Origin: Candidatus Wolfebacteria bacterium
GTDB taxonomy: Bacteria > Patescibacteriota > Minisyncoccia > Phycocordibacterales > NVSU01
Length of the DNA stretch: 64,000 nt
NCBI GenBank assembly: GCA_002401345.1
Contig: NVSU01000001.1
Location: 68,476-132,475, forward strand
Reading direction: 5' to 3'
This document shows positions 57,639 to 64,000 of the stretch, piece by piece. The notes below the pieces were generated by a model. That model had not been told where the DNA came from, did not search any database, and worked only from the letters and a program-made list of their open reading frames with translations. Each line of letters begins with the position of its first letter. Within the stretch, counting starts at the first letter, position 1. The position numbers were made by a program, and so were the translations under genes.

Positions 57639-58328
57639 CTACTTTTTATTTTTTGTCAAAAAATGTTTGACTGAATTCTTGAGCTCCATTAATTTCTCAA
57701 GATCATTGGGGCCATTTTCATATTGTTTGTCTTCTCGTATTTCATCAGTTAAATAATCACTTCTATATACAGAATTACCAAAATCAATTATCACCGGTCT
57801 TCCCGTTTTGTTATCAATCATAATATTTCTATCTGCCACGTCTCGATGATATATCCCAATGCGCTCACTGTGCATTGCATCAAAAAATTTCTCAAGTGCG
57901 GCAAAAAAGCTGTCGAAATTAAATGTATCTGGGAGCTCTTTTTTGCCAGTTAAAATTTCTTGAAAATCAGGACCATCAATTCTTTCCATGGATAAAATTT
58001 TTCTATATAGGGGAGGTTTATTCTTTTGCGGTATTTTTGCATCAAAGCTAAATGCTGGCTTAGGAACAATGACCTCATTACTTAGTTCTGTAAGTTTGGA
58101 TAAGAATTTCGCTTCCTCATGAACGTCATTAAGTGCATCTCGAACAATTACTTTGTGGGCCAAATTATTTTCTTTATCCTCATACACAAATGCAGATTGT
58201 CCAAATCCAATCTCAAATTCTTTTTTGATTATTTGTTCAGCGGACCTTTCTATTTGATCCAGCTCTTCCGGTGATATCTCTTTTTCTAGACCACTTTGAA
58301 ATTTTGTAATTCTAAATTTTTCGAACAT
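57639..58328 (-). CDS. Protein kinase-like fold protein
   Basis: IGFGQSAFVY, AHK, MERIDG, HRDVADRNIM, IIDFG. Confidence 0.85.
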   Translation of the reverse strand: MFEKFRITKFQSGLEKEISPEELDQIERSAEQIIKKEFEIGFGQSAFVYEDKENNLAHKVIVRDALNDVHEEAKFLSKLTELSNEVIVPKPAFSFDAKIPQKNKPPLYRKILSMERIDGPDFQEILTGKKELPDTFNFDSFFAALEKFFDAMHSERIGIYHRDVADRNIMIDNKTGRPVIIDFGNSVYRSDYLTDEIREDKQYENGPNDLEKLMELKNSVKHFLTKNKK

Positions 58329-58346
58329 GTGTTATTTATTATATAT

Positions 58347-58386
58347 GAAAAAGAAAAACCCTGCTGTTACATAGGGTTTTTCTTTT
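58347..58386. terminator. Intrinsic terminator
   Basis: AAAAGAAAAACCCT/AGGGTTTTTCTTTT inverted repeat. Confidence 0.75.
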
Positions 58387-58567
58387 AGTTGTGGTCTTTG
58401 TTGGTTAAGGTCAGGACTCATTTTCAGGAGAACCCCGATTCGGATTTCTAAGGAAATTTCGCCCAACGGGAATTCTGGACCCCCAAGCAGAATTTCCGTT
58501 GGGCGTAAAACCCACCCGGCACTGATCTCTGAGTGGTTGAAATTTAAATTTCTAGACCTGTACTAAT

Positions 58568-59314
58568 CTAGATTATTCCCCAAAAATGGTTTATGAAAAT
58601 GGCGCTTATAATATTGCCGAGTATAACAACTACTAACGCAACTACTCCATACCAAAAGAATTTGCTTGAAAAACTTTCTTTGGGGCTTAGAATCTTTCCT
58701 GCAGACCCACTGTTTTCACCAATGTTTCCATGGAAATTTTCTATACTACCAATATTAAACTTTGATTCTATATTTTGTGCTTTTTCTTTCTCTTCCAGAG
58801 TGAATTCCGCCCCCTCTCCTTGAACATCTTGTTTTTCTAATTTTATAGCCCAATCTAGAAGATTGTTTCTGACTACATTCAATATTCCAACAAGAGCTGA
58901 TCTATCAATAAATAATGAAACTTTTGTTTTGACAGGTGAGTCTTTTAATATTTCATTTGCTGATGAAGCAGAGTATGGCATTTCATAACTATCTGACTTA
59001 TTAGAAATAAGCTCCTCAATCTCACTAATAGACTGATTAGCTCGTCTAGATGATATTGTTCTTTCTATGTCAGATTTTTTAAAAAGCACTGGAACCCACC
59101 CCTGGTAAGGATTCCATGCTTTGACCTGACCTGGCATATTTCTATAATCTGGATATGCACTACTGTCCTTATAGCCATTAAGTTCCAATTCAATCCAACT
59201 GAGAAAATCCACTTGATCTAATTTACTCGCCAAAACTTTAACCTCCATAAGTAAACTAGAAACGGAGAGACTATGGTCTTGGATTTTTTTAATGAATTCT
59301 TGAACTTTTGTCAT
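58568..59314 (-). CDS. AbiTii-domain protein with C-terminal TM (putative anti-phage)
   Basis: SVSSLL..KVLASKL...WIELELNGY...YPDYR...G..KAWNPYQGWVP...QSISEIE...ILNVVRNNLLDWAIKLE. Confidence 0.8.
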   Translation of the reverse strand: MTKVQEFIKKIQDHSLSVSSLLMEVKVLASKLDQVDFLSWIELELNGYKDSSAYPDYRNMPGQVKAWNPYQGWVPVLFKKSDIERTISSRRANQSISEIEELISNKSDSYEMPYSASSANEILKDSPVKTKVSLFIDRSALVGILNVVRNNLLDWAIKLEKQDVQGEGAEFTLEEKEKAQNIESKFNIGSIENFHGNIGENSGSAGKILSPKESFSSKFFWYGVVALVVVILGNIISAIFINHFWGII

Positions 59315-59641
59315 ATTTATGGTGCATCAAATTAAAGAGCTTTATTTAGAAACATCTTTTCTTTTCCGCATAAATTAATAGAAGCATAATACACTGTTTC
59401 CCAAATTAGATAAAGAAAAAAGTGAACCACTTTTTACTCTATGTTTAATTTTGGCTCGAACCCGTAATAAATTTCATTAAATCCTATAAACTAACGGGGA
59501 TTTCCTCTTTAGTTTAAAATTATGAGGAGTTCTTCAATTTGTTCAAAAAAGTTGGTTCGAACTCCTATAAGTTTCTAAAAAGCGCTGCAGTATATAAAAA
59601 AACCCTCCCTATTGGGGGGAGGGAGGGTTTTCTCATTAATG

Positions 59642-59715
59642 TGGGCGATAAGGGACTCGAACCCCTGACCTACCCGGTGTAAACGGGTTGCTCTAGCCAA
59701 CTGAGCTAATCGCCC
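59642..59715 (-). tRNA. tRNA-Val(TAC)
   Basis: Anticodon arm ACCCG-TTTACAC-CGGGT, canonical D and T arms. Confidence 0.95.
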
Positions 59716-59742
59716 ATATAAATTTTTACTAATCCAACAATG

Positions 59743-59814
59743 TCTCCCCGGAGGGAATCGAACCCCCATCGAGGGCTTAGAAAACCCTTGTTCTATCCGT
59801 TGAACTACAGGGAG
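59743..59814 (-). tRNA. tRNA-Arg(TCT)
   Basis: Anticodon arm AGGGT-TTTCTAA-GCCCT. Confidence 0.93.
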
Positions 59815-59877
59815 TTATATTACATAGAACATCAAAACTATATCAGCATTAGCCTTTTAGATCAAGACATATCCGTA

Positions 59878-60948
59878 TTATTCTAGTCCTCCAAGCGCGA
59901 GACCAATAGCTGTCGCATATGCAAGTGCATCTTTTCGATTCATCTGTGGTATACGTTCATCAAATGAAAGTAGGTGGTCCCATATCTTTGCCGGCTCAAC
60001 ATCGCGCCTCAAGGATACTGTAAGATACTCTGCTAATCCCGGAATTCCTGCATGCGGCCCACTTAACATAATTTTATTGATAGCAGTGCGAGTTTTTTCT
60101 GAATCATTTTTTTCAAGAGACCATGAGAGTACATGCTCATTAATTTCATCACGCAATAAACTAATGTGACCTAATAAAATACCGGGCATGTCTTCGTACA
60201 TATCATTTTTCCCTACTCCTTGTTTATTTTTTATATATTCCGCCCGTTCACTGTCAACAGAAAGTTTCTCTTTAATAGTGTTCACCAATGCAGTTCCTCC
60301 AAAATCAAACGTCGATGAATATAGAGGAATGCGATTCTTTACAATAGACAATGTACTTTCATGATCTCCAATATCAACAAGCATGTGTGTTCCATCGTCT
60401 TGAGGTGAAATCACAGCTCTACTAAGTGCCTCTGTGTTAGCTTCAAATGTGAGAGGTGTAAACCCAGACTGTCGCAGTACATCCAAATATCCTTGGATCA
60501 CTATCTTAGGCATTAAATATACTTGTACATCATAGCCGTCATTGTCTGTAGTAAGGATTGAAAAATCAAATAGAAATTTATCAGCATTTGGAATAGAGCT
60601 ACGCAATTGTGCTTGAATAGTTTTATTTAAATTTTTTTGATGCACTCTTTTAATATGAGCTGTAAATAATGTAACGTGCCCTGAGGGAATGGACACTCGA
60701 ACATATCTAGTTTTTATCCGTGTTCGTATTGAAGTTAAAATTTTTCTCAGTGATTCGCTGTTTAGAATTTTCCCAGAAGAAATAACACCATTCGGTATCT
60801 TATACTTGCCATACGACACAGGATATACGAACGTGTCTCGCTTTTTTACTTCAGCATATCGAATATAGTGATCAGAAATATCTAAACCTATATAACGAGT
60901 GCCAAAAATGCGTGAGAGCCACGATCTTTTATAAAATGTATGCTTCAT
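59878..60948 (-). CDS. pilM: Type IV pilus assembly protein PilM
   Basis: IGLDISD, LVDIG, FGG, IMLSG..AGIPGL, YATAIGLAL (actin-like fold). Confidence 0.88.
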   Translation of the reverse strand: MKHTFYKRSWLSRIFGTRYIGLDISDHYIRYAEVKKRDTFVYPVSYGKYKIPNGVISSGKILNSESLRKILTSIRTRIKTRYVRVSIPSGHVTLFTAHIKRVHQKNLNKTIQAQLRSSIPNADKFLFDFSILTTDNDGYDVQVYLMPKIVIQGYLDVLRQSGFTPLTFEANTEALSRAVISPQDDGTHMLVDIGDHESTLSIVKNRIPLYSSTFDFGGTALVNTIKEKLSVDSERAEYIKNKQGVGKNDMYEDMPGILLGHISLLRDEINEHVLSWSLEKNDSEKTRTAINKIMLSGPHAGIPGLAEYLTVSLRRDVEPAKIWDHLLSFDERIPQMNRKDALAYATAIGLALGGLE

Positions 60949-60999
60949 ATATGTAGTATACGACACTACGCATGTGATAGAAACCTTCTACAGCAATTT

Positions 61000-61590
61000 C
61001 TATACAAGCAAATATATAATAACTCCAATAATAATTACGACAGCAATGGATACAACATTGAAATATTTATATAGTACACTTGCAATTCTTTTTCCATATA
61101 ACTTAACAAAATACGCAATTGCAAAGAATCTAATAGCCCTTCCCAAAATAGAGGCTATGATAAATATAAAAATATCAATCTTAAAAAGACCAGCGGAAAT
61201 TGTGAATACCTTGTATGGAATTGGAGTAAATGCAGCTAAAAATATTGTGAAAAATGCATTATTTGAGAAAAATGAAGCTACTGTTGCCAGATGTGATTCG
61301 AGATTATAAAAAGAAACAATCGATCCACCTACCGCTTCAAAAAACAAAAATCCTATTAAATATCCAAACAATCCTCCTGCTACAGAAAATACGGTGGTAA
61401 TAGTTGCGTAATAAATCCACTTCGCTTGTTGTTTGAGCAGAAGAATTGCAATCATTATTGCATCTGGGGGGATAGGAAAAAAAGATGATTCTGCAAAAGA
61501 AAATAATGCTAACCAAAACGTGCTGAATGGTCCCTTTGCGTGAGCAAGAGCCCATTCTTTGATTCCTTTTTTATTAACTGTCTTCTTCAT
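61000..61590 (-). CDS. YqaA/DedA family membrane protein
   Basis: SFAESSFFPIPPD, FTPIPYKVFTISAG, GRAIRFF. Confidence 0.92.
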   Translation of the reverse strand: MKKTVNKKGIKEWALAHAKGPFSTFWLALFSFAESSFFPIPPDAIMIAILLLKQQAKWIYYATITTVFSVAGGLFGYLIGFLFFEAVGGSIVSFYNLESHLATVASFFSNNAFFTIFLAAFTPIPYKVFTISAGLFKIDIFIFIIASILGRAIRFFAIAYFVKLYGKRIASVLYKYFNVVSIAVVIIIGVIIYLLV

Positions 61591-61595
61591 GTGTG

Positions 61596-61997
61596 TTATG
61601 TAGTTCTTTTTGCCTCTATGGTTTTTCGATCTAAATATCGCTGCAAAATAAGTGCTGCAGCACTGGCATCAACTTCCTTTTTTCCTGATTGAAATCGACG
61701 AGCCTCAAAAGAAGTTAAAAATTCTTTTTCTAGCTCCACAGGTAGTCCAAATTCTTTTTCTAGTATTTCTTTAAATGTAGAAATTTCCTTCATTATGATA
61801 TTGGGGTCACCTGAATCATTTAAAGATTCACCTATTACAATAGTGCTGATATCCTCTTCTTTAATTATCTCTCGGAATGCATCTATTATCGAATCATTAT
61901 TAGGAAGGATAGAATGAGGAAATGCCAAACTTCCATTTTCATCTGAATGTGCAATACCTATTTTTTTTGAACCATAATCAACTCCCAAATATCTCAT
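61596..61997 (-). CDS. ruvX: YqgF/RuvX family nuclease
   Basis: LGVDYGSKKIGIA, EFLTS, VDASAAALILQRYL. Confidence 0.92.
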   Translation of the reverse strand: MRYLGVDYGSKKIGIAHSDENGSLAFPHSILPNNDSIIDAFREIIKEEDISTIVIGESLNDSGDPNIIMKEISTFKEILEKEFGLPVELEKEFLTSFEARRFQSGKKEVDASAAALILQRYLDRKTIEAKRTT

Positions 61998-62095
61998 GAC
62001 TATAGCTTATCACACTTATGAATTCGCTAATATAGCTTTTATTTTCCTTGTTTTGTGAGTTGTTTGAGGTCACGTAGTGTGATAGTATTTGAGCT

Positions 62096-62425
62096 ATGGA
62101 ACTGTTTTTTCAGAATAATATATGGATAATTATTCTCCTTATACTTTGGGTTCTTCCTTGGAAAGGATATGCCCTATGGACTGCTGCTCGAAAATCACAC
62201 ACAGGATGGTTTATTGCGATTCTTATCATAAATACATTTGCTGTGCTAGACATTTTCTATATATTTTTTATTGCAAAGGAAGGAAAGAATATATTCGCAA
62301 AAAAGAAACGGTCTGTAAAAGAAGAGAATCCGCCAGCCCGCTTCGACGAAGCTCCAGCGAGGCGAGCTGATGGAAAAGAATTATCATCAGACAATAGTGA
62401 ACATACGCATTCAAGTTCACAATAA
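62096..62425 (+). CDS. DUF5652-like small membrane protein
   Basis: WVLPWKGYALWTAARK...WFIAILIINT; the tail carries a palindromic insertion. Confidence 0.8.
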   Translation: MELFFQNNIWIIILLILWVLPWKGYALWTAARKSHTGWFIAILIINTFAVLDIFYIFFIAKEGKNIFAKKKRSVKEENPPARFDEAPARRADGKELSSDNSEHTHSSSQ

Positions 62426-62449
62426 CTAAAAAGAATTCTTTGTTATTGC

Positions 62450-62536
62450 GGAGGGGTGACAGAGAGGTCGAATGTACCGGTCTTGAAAACCGGAGTCCCT
62501 TTACGGGGACCGTGGGTTCGAATCCCACCCCCTCCG
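62450..62536 (+). tRNA. tRNA-Ser(TGA)
   Basis: Anticodon arm CCGGT-CTTGAAA-ACCGG, long variable arm. Confidence 0.95.
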
Positions 62537-62569
62537 CAATGACTGAGAATTCTATTAATCAATAGTACT

Positions 62570-63037
62570 ATGAATAATAATAGACAAATTATCTCCTGGA
62601 GTGCTCATGAATATGAACACCGAGAGAAAAGACCCGATTGGTTTTGGGCACTCGGTGTCATTGCGGTCTCAGGAACAGTCGCCTCAATAATTTTTGGAAA
62701 TTTCCTGTTCGCAATTTTTATTGTTCTTGGAACAATTCTTCTTGGATACTACAGTATAAAAAAACCCGACCTCCTTGAATTTCAAATAAATGAAAAAGGT
62801 ATTCAAATTGAAGATATGTTGTATCCATACACTACAATAAAGTCTTTTTGGATAGACAGCGATGAAACAAAACACAACCTTCTTATTCATGTAGACAGAC
62901 TATTCATGCCTATAGTAACATTGCCACTTGCTGACATTCCTGAGAATGAGCTCCATGAAGTATTGAGTATAGTGATACCTGAAAAAGAATTGAGAGAACC
63001 ACTCCCTCATAAAATAATGCAGTATTTAGGATTCTAA
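62570..63037 (+). CDS. Conserved hypothetical membrane protein
   Basis: ISWSAHEYEHREKRPDWFW, two TM helices, GIQI...YPY..IKSFWI. Confidence 0.75.
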   Translation: MNNNRQIISWSAHEYEHREKRPDWFWALGVIAVSGTVASIIFGNFLFAIFIVLGTILLGYYSIKKPDLLEFQINEKGIQIEDMLYPYTTIKSFWIDSDETKHNLLIHVDRLFMPIVTLPLADIPENELHEVLSIVIPEKELREPLPHKIMQYLGF

Positions 63038-63173
63038 CTCTCAATAGAATCTCAAGAATATTGTACTACTGCTCTCGTCGTCCTCGATATGACATCAAAA
63101 TTTATATTTTGGTCATATCGGGATTCAACGTCCCGTAGAAGGAGAACAAGTTCCCAACGGGGCACAGTAGAAC

Positions 63174-63245
63174 GCTTCCATAGTTTAACGGATAAAATTC
63201 ATCCTTGCGGAGGATGTGCTCCAGGTTCGATTCCTGGTGGAAGCA
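63174..63245 (+). tRNA. tRNA-Arg(GCG)
   Basis: Acceptor GCTTCCA/TGGAAGC, anticodon arm CATCC-TTGCGGA-GGATG. Confidence 0.92.
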
Positions 63246-63465
63246 CACGAACAAAGTGAGTATGGTTTCGAAAGGAATCGAACAGGAAGGGGGTCGGGCG
63301 TAGATTTTGTTATGAGGAACGAATTACAAAATAAAGTGCAGAGCTAAAATCTAGTTTCCCTACGAAGGAAGGAATGGGAAAACCGTGGGTTTCCCAGAAG
63401 TGAGATAGCCAGCCTCGACTGGACGTAAAGTCTAGGCGGGCGAAGCGTCCTGGTGGAAGCACACG
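63232..63465. mobile_element. Miniature tRNA-3'-anchored insertion bounded by an 18-bp direct repeat
   Basis: TCCTGGTGGAAGCACACG at 63232-63249 and 63448-63465. Confidence 0.65.
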
Positions 63466-63562
63466 TAGTTAGATTTTTACTCGCCACAGTGTTAGTGGCG
63501 GACCTACTAAGCCTAAAATAAAAAAACTCCCAGATGGGAGTTTTTTATTTTATATAACTTTA

Positions 63563-63826
63563 TTATTCAGATTGTGCCCATTCTTTGAGTTTATCGTAGT
63601 CAACCTCTCCGCAAATAAACTGCTTGGATTTCGTGTTGAAGAAAAAAGGTACTCCTCCGCACAACTCTTTATCATACTCTTCCATTTTCTTTTGATTCTC
63701 CTTATCATGCCACACCTCAAATGCATCCACACTAATATCCAACTCTTTTTCAAGTTGCTCAATAAGGTCGTGCATCCTCACACAATGTGGGCACTCTTTC
63801 CCATAAAATTCTAATAGGTGATTCAT
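63563..63826 (-). CDS. Thioredoxin/glutaredoxin-like protein
   Basis: CPHC and CGGVPFF motifs. Confidence 0.88.
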   Translation of the reverse strand: MNHLLEFYGKECPHCVRMHDLIEQLEKELDISVDAFEVWHDKENQKKMEEYDKELCGGVPFFFNTKSKQFICGEVDYDKLKEWAQSE

Positions 63827-63837
63827 AACTATAAAAT

Positions 63838-64000
63838 TTATTTAGTAATTCGAGATAATCGAGACTTTTTTCGAGATGCAGTATTTGGTTTTATTATTCC
63901 TCTCTTTGCTGCCTTGTCGATTGCTTTATATGCATCCGGTAAAAGTTTTTTTGCTTCACTTACTTTTTTTTCTTTTAAAAGATTTTCTATACCTTTGATC
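63838..64000 (-). CDS. rpsT: 30S ribosomal protein S20, C-terminal part (runs off window end)
   Basis: Translated by hand: ...EAKKLLPDAYKAIDKAAKRGIIKPNTASRKKSRLSRITK*. Confidence 0.93.
   Translation of the reverse strand, partial: IKGIENLLKEKKVSEAKKLLPDAYKAIDKAAKRGIIKPNTASRKKSRLSRITK

Noticed and set aside
59575-59769. Short ORFs over tRNA genes (also 52808-53143 and 62268-62528)
   Set aside because: They are translations of tRNA sequence or antisense shadows.

Overview
AT-rich bacterial chromosome segment, read with the standard genetic code. Gene content and style suggest Patescibacteria/CPR (Parcubacteria-like); this is inferred from PilM, cohesin/dockerin surface proteins, tRNAs without an encoded CCA and extended -10 promoters. 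In order it holds: the 5' part of a type IIG-like restriction-modification gene and two tandem small-RNA-like cassettes; housekeeping and accessory genes; a two-component and surface-protein cluster; a ~31 kb surface-glycan locus (about 15.8-46.2 kb) with GT-C, GT2, GT4, a flippase, 7 methyltransferases and AsnB; then core genes (rplS, an RluA-family synthase, pilM, ruvX, rpsT) and six tRNAs. The main observation is a non-coding regulon. Nine copies of a leader hairpin (GCGTCR-N3-4-WGTGAK, a paired 3' arm and a U-tract) lie just downstream of promoter-like sequences. Eight precede sub-operons of the surface/glycan region. The ninth precedes a protein-free 25-bp hairpin whose loop (UUGACGC-AAUU-AUCACAC) is complementary to the two invariant blocks. 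This suggests a self-regulated antisense-RNA attenuation system for cell-surface genes, similar in layout to phage P1 C4 or P4 CI. All product calls come from motif recognition by eye, not database searches.
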